Assembly: GCA_002269645.1 (NCBI GenBank) | Contig: NIVC01000640.1 | Coordinates: 186,001 to 250,000, forward strand | Direction: 5' to 3' | From: Macrostomum lignano | Taxonomy: Eukaryota | Length of the DNA: 64,000 nt | In this document: positions 1 through 14,288 of the stretch, piece after piece | Layout: each line of letters opens with the position of its first letter | Position numbering within the stretch: the stretch's first letter is position 1 | The notes under the pieces: model-generated | Database searches by the model: none | Told to the model about the DNA's origin: nothing | The model's input: the letters and a program-made list of their open reading frames with translations, nothing else | Position numbers and translations under genes: made by a program

Positions 1-2789
<2,789 letters not shown>

Positions 2790-3476
2790 GAGGTTGCACA
2801 CCTGTACCGGAATCTTGCCGCTCTCTGAAGACACCGCGAACACGCGGCCGGGCAGCACTCCGATTCTGTCGATGAACTCCTGTGACGGCTCGAAGATGCC
2901 ATGTGCCTGCTTGGTCTCGGTCGTCACGTCCACCACTTTAACTGACCTTGGCGGTACCACGACGGCGCCCTGAACTCTGGCGATGATCACTGTGGGAACC
3001 AAGCAACAGGACAGTGGGCCATCTTGCTTGGAATCGCAGTTACTGAACGGAACCGCCTCACCATCGAATGCGACTGTCTTGGCACCCTGGTCAATGCTGA
3101 ACTGCGATCTGGCCGCCTTGCTCACGAAATCCATCCCCAGGATGAAGTTTGGGCGAATCCCTCTGACCACCAGCACGTCCATTTGTCTGCGCAGCTGATG
3201 ACTGAGTCGCACCGTAATGCTCACGCTTCCTAACAGCTCGAGAACGGAGCCGTCCACGGACACAGGCCTGACATCTGCAGGCTTCAGCTCGCAGCGACCG
3301 TCCAGCTCTCTCAGAGCAACGTCGCTGATCAGCGAGGTCTGCGCTCCGGTGTCCAGCAGCCAGCGGCACGGCTTGCCGTTTGCCTCTCCAGGTATAAAAA
3401 TAGCATGAAGCACGGGATTGCTCCTTGGGGTTGGTGTGGGTCCCGCACCCGTTGCACCAACCCTTAAAAGTTTCCC
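2790..3476 (-). CDS. Gypsy Pol N-terminus (aspartic protease + linker) in the -1 frame, truncated by the LINE
   Basis: WLLDTGAQTS and ILGMDF retropepsin motifs. Frame is -1 relative to gag. The final YLLTTYY* is read from the LINE tail. Confidence 0.85.
3411..3476 (-). promoter_or_regulatory. -1 programmed ribosomal frameshift signal
   Basis: G GGA AAC in the gag frame (3476-3470), 6-nt spacer TTTTAA, then a 9-bp stem GGGTTGGTG/CACCAACCC. Confidence 0.8.
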
Positions 3477-4282
3477 GGAGCCTTCGATGGGCAGACAGAG
3501 GCCTTGTGCCCCCGCCCAGAACACTTGTGGCAGATGATCGGACCCGGCTGTTTCTCTTGCTGACATTGCGCTGCACGGTGTCCGAGCTGGCCGCAGTTGA
3601 AGCAGCCGCCTCCTCGCTGTTGACGGCGACGCCGAGTGTCGGTACCCGACTGTACGCTGACCCTCGCGATGAGCTCCTCCATGCGTTTCTCCAGTCGGTC
3701 CAGGCGGTCCTCGCTTGGTTCTGCCGATGATGTAGCGCTGACGGCTCCGACTGCCGCCACCGACTGTCGCCCAGCCAGCTCCTCCAGCCGAGCCGCCCGC
3801 TGCAGCAGAGTCTCTAGGCTGCAGGTCTCTGCGTCCTCTGCCTTAAGCAGGTTGTCACGAATGTCGGCCTTGAGCAGCTGCAGAAGCTTGAAGCGCACAT
3901 CTCGGTCTCGTTGAGCAATTGAGTCCTCCGGTCTGGCTTTCTGGTGTAGCAGCTTCAGGTTAAAGCAGAGCTCACGCAGTGTCTCGGCATCTCCACGTTT
4001 CCTCGCATAGAAGTCGCTCATGGCCTTAAAGCTGTCGGCTTCGCCTCCATAAAACTTTGTGAGGTCCTCCTTTATACTTTTAAAACTCTTTTGTCTTGTC
4101 TCGGCCAGGTCCCAGACGACCAGTTGGGCTTCTCCCGTGAGCAGCAGCTTCACCTTCGACGCTGAGGTCGCGTCGTCCCATTTCGCATCGTTGGCGAATT
4201 CCTCAAAGATGCGCAGCCACTTTCTCACGTCAGTGCCGTCTGTTCCACTGAACTTTGGCGGTAGAAGGGTGTTCTGGGCCAT
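3464..4282 (-). CDS. Gypsy Gag
   Basis: ATG at 4282 (MAQNTLLPPKFSG), KFSG...W capsid-like start, zinc knuckles CFNCGQLGHRAAQC and CHKCSGRGHKASVC. Confidence 0.88.
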   Translation of the reverse strand: MAQNTLLPPKFSGTDGTDVRKWLRIFEEFANDAKWDDATSASKVKLLLTGEAQLVVWDLAETRQKSFKSIKEDLTKFYGGEADSFKAMSDFYARKRGDAETLRELCFNLKLLHQKARPEDSIAQRDRDVRFKLLQLLKADIRDNLLKAEDAETCSLETLLQRAARLEELAGRQSVAAVGAVSATSSAEPSEDRLDRLEKRMEELIARVSVQSGTDTRRRRQQRGGGCFNCGQLGHRAAQCQQEKQPGPIICHKCSGRGHKASVCPSKAPGNF

Positions 4283-4304
4283 GAGTGCACTTGCACTGGG
4301 TTCT

Positions 4305-4315
4305 CGCTGCCACCA
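4305..4315 (-). promoter_or_regulatory. Primer binding site, tRNA-Leu-like
   Basis: TGGTGGCAGCG lies 1 nt after the LTR end ...TTACA and is complementary to the ...CGCUGCCACCA 3' end of eukaryotic tRNA-Leu(AAG/UAG) (from memory). Confidence 0.65.
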
Positions 4316-4568
4316 ATGTAAGAGCCGAGAATTTAGAGTAAGTTTACGAAGTATATTTTGATGCACGATAATTTACGAGCGATTAAATAGTCAGCGATGA
4401 TAGATCGATTAAAGTGACTCACCCAACTGGGGTGGTGGGCATGTACAGAGAAGAAAGCGAGATGCAAGTAAATATACTAATAGAGCAGCCCCCACCCCGA
4501 CGGCCCAAACCAAACGCAACCCTACAGTATCAATTTGACTTGCTACTCTCTGACCACAGTGGCATAAG

Positions 4569-4571
<3 letters not shown>

Positions 4572-4632
<61 letters not shown>
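4572..4632. repeat. (CT)n microsatellite
   Basis: About 30 perfect CT units. Confidence 0.97.
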
Positions 4633-4634
<2 letters not shown>

Positions 4635-5699
4635 GCCTCTCTCCCTGTTGAATGCAGAAGACAATTTTTTGATTGATTGATTGATTCCAAACTACCGATA
4701 TGACGGTTCATGCCTACTTCCTATAGGCTCTATTGAAATGGCCATCTAGAGCTAGCAGTTTGTTCAGCTCGAATAAGCAAAGCCAGATCTACACAAGGAA
4801 CGTTCATTTCAGTTCACTTGTCAATTGTTTGACCCTTCGTAACAAGTGAAGGTCACATATCATTTTCGGGCACAGACTGCGGTGAGGCTGAAAATAAAAA
4901 AATCTTTAAGCAGTCGTTCGTAATAAACACATTCTAAAAATCTGTGCTGACAGACGAATCAGCCAAGCTGACAGCATTACCGTACCTTGAGTGTAAATAG
5001 TTTGCAGTTGCTGAGAGGCGCACCTGCATAGGTGTGTGTGTAGCTCGAACTCGATTTAGACAAGTTTTTATCGCGAACCAGCTGGGAAATTGGCGCTAAA
5101 AACTGCCCGCTGTTCTTAGACTGGCGCGCGTGACCTCTTATCGATTCCCCAAACAGAGATGTAGGATAAGTCTGGGTTTGGGGAGTGAAGAAAACAGCTG
5201 TTGTTGCTAAAGCAGACAGTCGGTGCAGCAGCGCTAGTAGTGGGCTGGCGACAAACTGCAAAGCTGCATGAGGGCTCCCTTCAATCCTGCGGCAATCTGC
5301 CGATCAGATAGTGTAAAAAGTACTATAAGTGTGCCTGACACAACACTATTATATGCTTTTCTCTACTTCCAGCCTCGATTTTACAATCACGGAGCTCTCG
5401 GCCATCAAGTCCGTGCATTGCGCATGCAAAAAAGGGAAATGCAAGGGCGAAAGGACGCAAAAAAACTGTTTTTCTTTCGATCTCTCGCTGCAATTGGGGG
5501 AAGCTGGACAGTGCACGGATGGAGCCGCCACAGCCAATCCGGGCGGAAATTGCTTCGCCGCCCCTTGGCCTCGGGTTCCTCTCCATCTGATAGGGCTAGA
5601 GAAAAGAAATTACTTTTAAGGAGGATTAGTAATAAGGTAGTGGCAGAAACAAGAGGCTCACATGCAGCTGCACTTGAGTGTTCCTTCCATCCATCCAGC

Positions 5700-8600
5700 A
5701 TGTCAGCCGCCAACCAAACCGCTGCATCCGAGTCCGAGTTCGGCCTGGTCCGAGTCCTGCCCGCACTGCCGAACACCGCTTGCGACCCGCTGCACCTCTA
5801 CAATGCCTCCAGAGGCGCCGCCGCCCTCGCCGAAGAAGACAACCTGCTGGACATTGCCAGCATTGCGCTGTGCCTGTTCAACACCCTTGCCAACGGACTG
5901 TCTTTTGCCATCTTCATCAACAAGGCCTTCAATCGGTCCATCACCAGCGTGCTGCTGACCGGTCTGTCCATCTTCGAGACCGCCTTCCAGCTCGGACAGT
6001 CGGGATTTCTCACCATCAGCCTGCTGCGCGCCTGCTGCCTGCCGCCGCTGCCCAGCCGCAGCCTGGCGGTCGGCCTGGCCGGTCTGGCCGTGCTGGCCAG
6101 GCAGACTTCGGCCACTTTTCAGCTGGCCCGCAACTGGACTCTGGCCGGCCTCAGCTATTATCGCTACGAGGCCGTCTGCCGGTCCACCTCCACTGCGCGG
6201 CTGTTCCGCCAGCAGACCTGCGCCCGGGTGCTGGTCGGCGCGGCGCTGCTCTGCGCCCTGGCGATGCTGCCGCGCCTGTTCGAGGCTTACGAGACCGTCT
6301 GCGCGCTGGAGCCGGCTGGCCACTTCGCTCTGGGCTCCACTGTGCCCTACATTCCAGTGTACTCTAACCAGTACTACAGGATCCTCTACCTGTCCGGCTG
6401 CCTGTTCCTGCTGCAGTCCGGCGGACCGGCCATCGTTGTCCTGGTGTGCAGCGCCCACGTACTCAAGGTGAAGATGCAGTTCTTTTGGGGAGAACTGCAT
6501 TTTATATCTACATGTATATCAGGGGTCGGCAAGCACATCCGGCCCGCGACACATCCGCGTCTTTAAAACATCTCAATAGCAATCCGGCCCGCTCAAGGTT
6601 TGTGTCTCTTCTCAGCTCTCTTCTCTCTAATAATCTCCTCTCTTTCCTTTCCTCTCCTCTCCTCTCCTCTCCTCTCCTCTCCTCTCCTCTCCTCTCCTCT
6701 CCTCTCCTCTCCTCTCCTCTCCTCTCCTCTCCTCTCCTCTCCTCTCCTCTCCTCTCCTCTCCTCTCCTCTCCTCTCTCTCCTCTCCTCCCCTCTCCTCTC
6801 CTCTCCTCTCCTCTCCTCTCTTCTCCTCTCCTCTCCTCTCCTCTCCTCTCCTCTCCTCTCCTCTCCTCTCCTCTCCTCTCCTTTCCTCTCCTCTCCTCTC
6901 CTCTCCTCTCCTCTCCTTTCCTTTCCTCTCCTTTCCTCCCCTCTCCTCTCCTCTCCTCTCCTCTCCTCTCCTCTCCTCTCCTCTCCTCTCCTCTCCTTTC
7001 CTCTCCTTTCCTCTCCTTTCCTCTCCTCTCCTCTCCTCTCCTCTCCTCTCCTCTCCTCTCCTCTCCTCTCCTCTCCTCTCCTCTCCTCTCCTCTCCTCTC
7101 CTCTCCTCTCCTCTCCTCTCCTCTCCTCTCCTCTCCTCTCCTCTCCTATCTTCTCTTCTTCTCTTCTCTCCTCTAAATAGACAAGATAGACAAGATAATT
7201 TACTGCATTTGTAATCTTTTGGATGAAATTGCTTCCCAGGTGCGATAATTGGCGGTCCGCATCATTATTTACCCAGGAAAATTGCTTTTCAGCTTTATAG
7301 AAATTGGCAAAGCAGATTTTGCCTTTGAAGTAGAAATTGTTTTGAGCACGATTGGATGCCGAATAAAAATGTACTGGTTTTAAAGAAATTTTCGGGAATC
7401 TAAGGGGGAGGATAATTTCTGAAATTGCTTCTAATTGCGCGCATTCGCTTCTTCCGTGCAAGCAGTCGGGGTAAAAGTAAAAACTGTTGAGCCAGCTTCA
7501 AAGCAGAAAATAATGTCAGCTTGGATTTGTTTGGATTTATCTAGATTCGGCAGGGTTTGTCTAGATTCGGCAGGGTTTGTCTAGATTCGGCAGGGTTTGT
7601 CTAGATTCTGCAGGATTTGTCTAGATTCGGCAGGATTTGTCTAGATTCGGCATGATCTGTCTAGATTCGGCAGGATTTGTCTAGATTCGGCAGGATTTGT
7701 CTAGATTCGGCAGGATTTGTCTAGATTCGGCATGATCTGTTTAGATTCGTCAGGATTTGTCTAGATTCGGCAGGATTTGTCTAGATTCGGCAGGATTTGT
7801 CTAGATTCGGCAGGGTTTGTCTAGATTCGGCATGATCTGTTTAGATTCGTCAGGATTTGTCTAGATTCGACAGGATTTGTCTAGATTCGGCAGGATTTGT
7901 CTAGATTCGGCAGGGTTTGTCTAGATTCGGCAGGATCTGTTTAGATTCGTCAGGATTTGTCTAGATTCGGCAGGATTTGTCTAGATTCGACAGGATTTAT
8001 CTAGATTCGGCAGGATTTGTCTAGATTCGGCAGGATTTGTCTAGATTCGGCAGGGTTTGTCTAGATTCGGCAGGGTTTGTCTAGATTCGGCATGATCTGT
8101 TTAGATTCGTCAGGATTTGTCTAGATTCGGCAGGATTTGTCTAGATTCGGCAGGATTTGTCTAGATTCGGCAGGGTTTGTCTAGATTCGGCATGATCTGT
8201 TTAGATTCGTCAGGATTTGTCTAGATTCGACAGGATTTGTCTAGATTCGGCAGGATTTGTCTAGATTCGGCAGGGTTTGTCTAGATTCGGCATGATCTGT
8301 TTAGATTCGTCAGGATTTGTCTAGATTCGGCAGGATTTGTCTAGATTCGACAGGATTTGTCTAGATTCGACAGGATTTGTCTAGATTCGTCAGGATTTGT
8401 CTAGATTCGGCAGGGTTTGTCTAGATTCGGCAGGATTTGTCTAGATTCGGCAGGGTTTGTCTAGATTCGGCAGGATTTGTCTAGATTCTGCAGGATTTGT
8501 CTAGATTCGGCAGGGTTTGTCTAGATTCGACAGGATTTGTCTAGATTCGACAGGATTTGTCTAGATTCGTCAGGATTTGTCTAGATTCGGCAGGATTTGT

Positions 8601-11563
8601 CTAGATTCGGCAGGATTTGTCTAGATTCGTCAGGATTTGTCTAGATTCGTCAGGATTTGTCTAGATTCGTCAGGATTTGTCTAGATTCGGCAGGATTTGT
8701 CTAGATTCGGCAGGATTTTTCTAGATTCGACAGGGTTTGTCTAGATTCGACAGGGTTCGTCTAGATTCGACAGGATTTGTATAGATTTGGCAGGATTTGT
8801 CTAGATTCGTCAGGATTTGTCTAGATTCGACAGGGTTTGTCTAGATTCGACAGGGTTTGTCTAGATTCGTCAGGATTTGTCTAGATTCGGCAGGATTTGT
8901 CTAGATTCGGCAGGATTTGTCTAGATTCGGCAGGATTTGTCTAGATTCGGCAGGATTTTTCTAGATTCGACAGGGTTTGTCTAGATTCGACAGGGTTTGT
9001 CTAGATTCGACAGGATTTGTATAGATTTGGCAGGATTTGTCTAGATTCGGCAGGGTTTGTCTAGATTCTGCAGGATTTGTCTAGATTCGGCAGGATTTGT
9101 CTAGATTCGGCATGATCTGTTTAGATTCGTCAGGATTTGTCTAGATTCGACAGGATTTGTCTAGATTCGACAGGATTTGTCTAGATTCGACAGGATTTGT
9201 CTAGATTCGGCATGATCTGTTTAGATTCGTCAGGATTTGTCTAGATTCGGCAGGATTTGTCTAGATTCGGCAGGATTTGTCTAGATTCGGCAGGGTTTGT
9301 CTAGATTCGGCATGATCTGTTTAGATTCGTCAGGATTTGTCTAGATTCGACAGGATTTGTCTAGATTCGACAGGGTTTGTCTAGATTCGTCAGGATTTGT
9401 CTAGATTCGTCAGGATTTGTCTAGATTCGGCAGGATTTGTCTAGATTCGGCAGGATTTGTCTAGATTCGGCAGGATTTTTCTAGATTCGACAGGGTTTGT
9501 CTAGATTCGACAGGGTTTGTCTAGATTCGACAGGATTTGTATAGATTTGGCAGGATTTGTCTAGATTCGTCAGGATTTGTCTAGATTCGGCAGGATTTGT
9601 CTAGATTCGTCAGGATTTGTCTAGATTCGGCATGATCTGTTTAGATTCGTCAGGATTTGTCTAGATTCGGCAGGATTTGTCTAGATTCGGCAGGATTTGT
9701 CTAGATTCGGCAGGATTTTTCTAGATTCGACAGGGTTTGTCTAGATTCGACAGGGTTTGTCTAGATTCGACAGGATTTGTATAGATTTGGCAGGATTTGT
9801 CTAGATTCGTCAGGATTTGTCTAGATTCGGCAGGATTTGTCTAGATTCGGCAGGATTTGTCTAGATTCGGCAGGATTTGTCTAGATTCGTCAGGATTTGT
9901 CTAGATTCGGCAGGATTTGTCTAGATTCGGCAGGATTTGTCTAGATTCGGCAGGATTTGTCTAGATTCGGCAGGATTTGTCTAGATTCGGCAGGATTTGT
10001 CTAGATTCGGCAGGATTTTTCTAGATTCGACAGGGTTTGTCTAGATTCGACAGGATTTATCTAGATTTGGCAGGGTTTGTCTAGATTCGACAGGGTTTGT
10101 CTAGATTTGGCAGGGTTTGTCTAGATTCGACAGGGTTTGTCTAGATTCGACAGGATTTGTATAGACATCCTGACAGCTCCAGATGTTTCCATAAAATAAC
10201 AAACGGAGATCGGAATTCCATGCGAGCCGCGTGATACTGGACCTGAGTCCCCAGCAGCAATATTCACACCGAAAGGGGAGGGGTCGGGAAAGCCTAACTG
10301 AATGGGAGATTCAGTTAATCTAGTTAGCATTGACTACTGCATGACCCGGTTTAGAAAAATGTTTGTCGCCAGTGGAGAGAGCTGACCGTTCGGCCGTCCG
10401 GCTGTCCGAGACCCTCTAGCTGATATTTTTTCGGGTAAAACTCCGCTCCTGTCTTGAATTTTCATCTGAACTTCATTTTCATCTCGGCTGTTTCACAACC
10501 TGACTCTACTGGGCGTGCGAGAGATTCGGGATTAAACAGTCAGTCGTTTGACTCATTGAAATTCTTCTGTCTGGATGGATTAAGTCAACTGCTGCTGGGT
10601 TCAAACTGACTGCAAAATGCTAAACGAACGTATTTATAAACACATTTGCCTAGAAATCAATGCACTATTGCACATTAACTACTGCAAACTTCTAATAAAG
10701 TCACGTAGTGGCAAATTAATTAATCTATCAAAAATCTATTAATAGACTGTGACTACAAAATCCGAATTCCAACATAGCGTTGCCACCTTCCACAGTCTCA
10801 GCACTGTACAATATGTACGAGTAATAATAGCCTTCTTGTCCCAGTGGCGCAGCCAAGGATTTCCATCTTGGAGGATCCCAGGAGGGATCACGTAGTCCGC
10901 GTGATTGAAGAACTTTTTTAGCGATATTTTAAAGAGAGCAGTTCCCATCTCAATTTTGATGGCCAGGCTAGTCACTGTCGGGTGCGCCGTGCCAGTGAAG
11001 CGTGCGTATTTCTATGTAAACACATTCTATAATATCTTCGCTATCCTTCACCCCAGGTCCTGTGGGCCCGGCAGAGGTTCCGCGAGTCGCACAACCTTCG
11101 GCGCAAGTCCGGCACTGACAAGCTGATCATCATGCTAGCATTGACCTTCTTTGTGCTGGAGATGCCCGCCTTCTTCTCCAAACTGCTATTCGCTTTCAAG
11201 GCCCTGTCAAAGTCCACCGAAGTGACTCTGTCGAAGTGGTCCAACATGCTGATCACCCTGGACTCGTCCATGAACATCTTCATCTACCTGGTGTCCAACC
11301 CGACCTTCCTGCAGGTGGCCAAGCAGCTGCTCTGCCGACGCGCCCCGGCCCAGGCTGGCGGCCAGAGAGACTCGAACGAGGAGACGATCAACGCTACGAA
11401 GTCGCCGACTCGCGCGAATCAGCAGCATAACCAGCAGCAGCATCTGGCGCGGCAGCCACTGCAGTACAGACAGCTGCCAACTGTAGAAACTGAGGAACAG
11501 ATAGAGCTGCGCGAGCTGCATCGGGAACAAACTCTACGGCACTACGAAGTTACGGAGCTTTGA
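5700..11563 (+). CDS. Rhodopsin-family neuropeptide GPCR, FMRFamide-receptor-like (~424 aa, 2 exons)
   Basis: Exons 5700-6467 and 11057-11563 join in phase 0 (HVLK|VLWARQ). Seven hydrophobic segments, N-terminal glycosylation sequons, YRY at the DRY position, TM6 FFVLEMPAF, TM7 DSSMNIFIY. The donor GTGAAG is weak-ish. Confidence 0.85.
6520..6650 (+). mobile_element. Left end of a hAT/Charlie-like non-autonomous element
   Basis: Starts CAGGGGTCGGCAA with CCGGCCCG subterminal repeats. Paralogous to 14809-14890 + 17128-17200. No right TIR found. Confidence 0.55.
6651..7173. repeat. (CTCCT)n pentanucleotide array
   Basis: About 100 units, inside the GPCR intron. Confidence 0.97.
7531..10164. 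repeat. 20-bp minisatellite (CAGGATTTGTCTAGATTCGG), ~130 copies
   Basis: Strict 20-bp register with recurring variant blocks, inside the GPCR intron. Confidence 0.98.
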
Positions 11564-13854
11564 AATTTGAGTTCTAACATTTCCTTTGAGTTATCCTGTA
11601 GTTTTGCTGTTACTGCAAGTTGACTATTCAACTCTCTCCATTCCTCTGGACAGATCAGTAACAACATAGTACGTATTAACTCACCGCATTCAGGATTCGC
11701 TTTAAAAAGTTTCACGAACCAGAAACTTAGTCAAACAGACATTTCATAAACTAAATTAGAAACTAGAAATTTCCCCAGACGTCCCGAATCTCCAGCTGTT
11801 TTCTGCCGTGATTTAAATTGAAATTCATAATTCATAGAACTGGTTGCTAAGATTGTCTACGGAGTTAAAGTTATAGCGAGTGAAGCATCTTTTCGGAAAG
11901 TGTAACTTTCTCACGACACGAAGTTTCTAGTTTGTGAAGCTTTTTAACTAGTGAAGGTGCATGTTTTGTTCTGTGAAAGTTCTAGTTTCTAATTGTGTGA
12001 AATTGTGTTGTGTTGTTCAAGTCGATCAATTAATTGACAAATAAATAAATAATTGTGTGCCAGACGGCAACTAAAAGCCAGACCGCTTCTAAATTAAACA
12101 AAATTGAAGGGTGACTCGACATTTGAGACCTCTGTTGTTTCTTGAGTCCTGCCAAGCATGCCAAACAAATTGAAATTGCTTTCACTTGGCACTGATGAAT
12201 CACTGCGGCGCGTGACCAGTGCCAGCCGGATATTTTGACCTGTTGTTTCTCGGCCAAGCTTTTCAATCCAGAACTCTCCGGCTTGGGTCATTCAAAGTCC
12301 CTTCCCGCGCATCCCGGGCCAGGGATTCTTCTGGTTCGTCTCTCTCGTTCTGTCAACAGCGGAAATGACGGTCCAAGCTGGCTGTAATGGCGGAGATCGC
12401 GAACCGCCCGATCATCCCTTGCAGAGCGATTAATCAGGCATGCTGCTGCCGCTGGCAAGGCCATTTCTGCCCCGTGCTACAGTAATACTGTGTGTGCTGC
12501 AGTGATGAATGACTGGCAGTGAGCAATCTTGATGCAGCTCTCGGTGAGCCAGGTTTTTTTGGGCATTAGTCCTTCGTGAAATCTCTCCGAGTGGCTTTTT
12601 CTATATTCTCCTCTCGAGTGAGTCCCTCAGCTCTAGAGCCGAGCTTCCTCGTGAGCCATCATCAGTCTGAGCAGCATCCTCTTGGGCTCCCCTGCTCATC
12701 CTCTCTGCCTGCAATGAGTAAAAAGCACGGAGAACAGATGATATGGAAATAACTTTGACAGGCCCGTGAGATGATGAACACAAATTAGCGCTGCTCAGAA
12801 TGTAAATACCTGGGCTCTCTCCTCTTCTCTGTAAAAATTTTCTGCGTTATGAACTGTTCGCTTTTAATAAATAATTGCTCTGGAGACTCTATAGAAATTA
12901 ATTTACTATTTTTAGATTATTGCTCAACGCTTACGATATCAGAGCAAAGTCGAAACTGGTTTTTTCAAAAGTCCCCGCGATTCGATGCCGTGCGCGGGCT
13001 GCGGATGGAGTTCGTGCTCGGAAATCGGTGGCTTGTCGTGCAAATTACTAACAGGTGCAGAGTGCGTGCATGCCTGATCAAAAAGCCAGGGGGCCTTGGT
13101 ACACCCCATGAATCGAATTCATCCTGCATTAAGCTGTTGCTTGGCTTAGTTCACAGCGAACTTTTGGCGTTAAAGTTGATGAGGAGCATCACGCCGGGTT
13201 ACCCTACGTGGATGCCAATTTTATGCGAAACAATGCATGTAATTTAGATAACCATAGCTACTTTTAAATACACGGATTATCCTTAAATAAAATTTTACAC
13301 AATCCTGGCGCCCAAGTAAAAGTCCATCGTGTCCACTATAGTATCATTGAGTCAAGAAAGAGGATGAATATCCTATCTGAGCAGCTGCGTTGCCTCAACT
13401 AACGCCTTTTCCGTTCTCTCTCACTGTCGAATAAGACGGGTTGCACCAAAGCCACGCTTCTTCTGTCATCCTTTATCCGGATGATATATGGCTGTAGCGC
13501 ACTAGCTATATATTATTTTATGCCAGCCACTGCCAGACTATGAAATCCAGCTCGAATCCAGTTTAATATTGCTAAAGGAATTTTGCCTGGGAGAGCATAT
13601 CTCCAGATTGAGGAGAGGCGCACTAGATGAATGAACGGATGGTGCGAAGGCACTCTCTGGATCTATGGAGATGATTTTTGCAACTATATAGATTTGAGTT
13701 ATTTGCTTTAAGCGCAGTCTGTGAGAATATCCTCTCTCTAATGCTGGGCGCGAAGCTAGAATTATAAAGAGCTTTTGTTTTCACTTTGTGAAAAGATGAT
13801 GGGCCCAGAATCAGTGAGTTCGATTTAGCCTGTCCTGTGATTCACGTCAGGAGC

Positions 13855-14288
13855 GCACCAGGGGCGCCAGCACCAGGGGCGCCAGCACCAGGGGCGCCAG
13901 CACCAGGGGCGCCAGCACCAGGGGCGCCAGCACCAGGGGCGCCAGCACCAGGGGCTTTAGCACCAGGGGCGCCAGCACCAGGGGCGCCAGCACCAGGGGC
14001 TTTAGCACCAGGGGCGCCAGCACCAGGGGCGCCAGCACCAGGGGCTTTAGCACCAGGGGCGCCAGCACCAGGGGCTTTAGCACCAGGGGCGCCAGCACCA
14101 GGGGCGCCAGCACCAGGGGCGCCAGCACCAGGGGCGCCAGCACCAGGGGCGCCAGCACCAGGGGCTTTAGCACCAGGGGCGCCAGCACCAGGGGCGCCAG
14201 CACCAGGGGCGCCAGCACCAGGGGCGCCAGCACCAGGGGCGCCAGCACCAGGGGCGCCAGCACCAGGGGCGCCAGCACCAGCACCAGG
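13855..14288. repeat. 15-bp minisatellite (CACCAGGGGCGCCAG)
   Basis: About 29 copies with a GGGGCTTTAG variant. Confidence 0.97.

Larger units (their letters stand above)
2790..4526 (-). mobile_element. Ty3/Gypsy LTR retrotransposon, 5' half (putative LTR, PBS, gag, protease), interrupted by the LINE
   Basis: gag with two CCHC knuckles, retropepsin motif LLDTGA, PBS-like TGGTGGCAGCG next to TTACA. Candidate LTR 4317-4526 (TGTAGGG...TTACA on the minus strand); the outer boundary is uncertain because no second LTR is in the window. Confidence 0.85.

Noticed and set aside
5268-5699. N-terminal extension of the GPCR ORF
   Set aside because: Low-information sequence; the ATG at 5700, followed by glycosylation sequons, is a more plausible start.
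6446-7461. SSPLL / EERRG repeat ORFs (and ERERER at 4409-4711)
   Set aside because: Translations of microsatellites.
7531-10164. Regular arrays (also 46901-48851, 51451-52507, 54927-55950) as CRISPR
   Set aside because: Units are head-to-tail with no unique spacers, there are no cas genes, and the context is eukaryotic.
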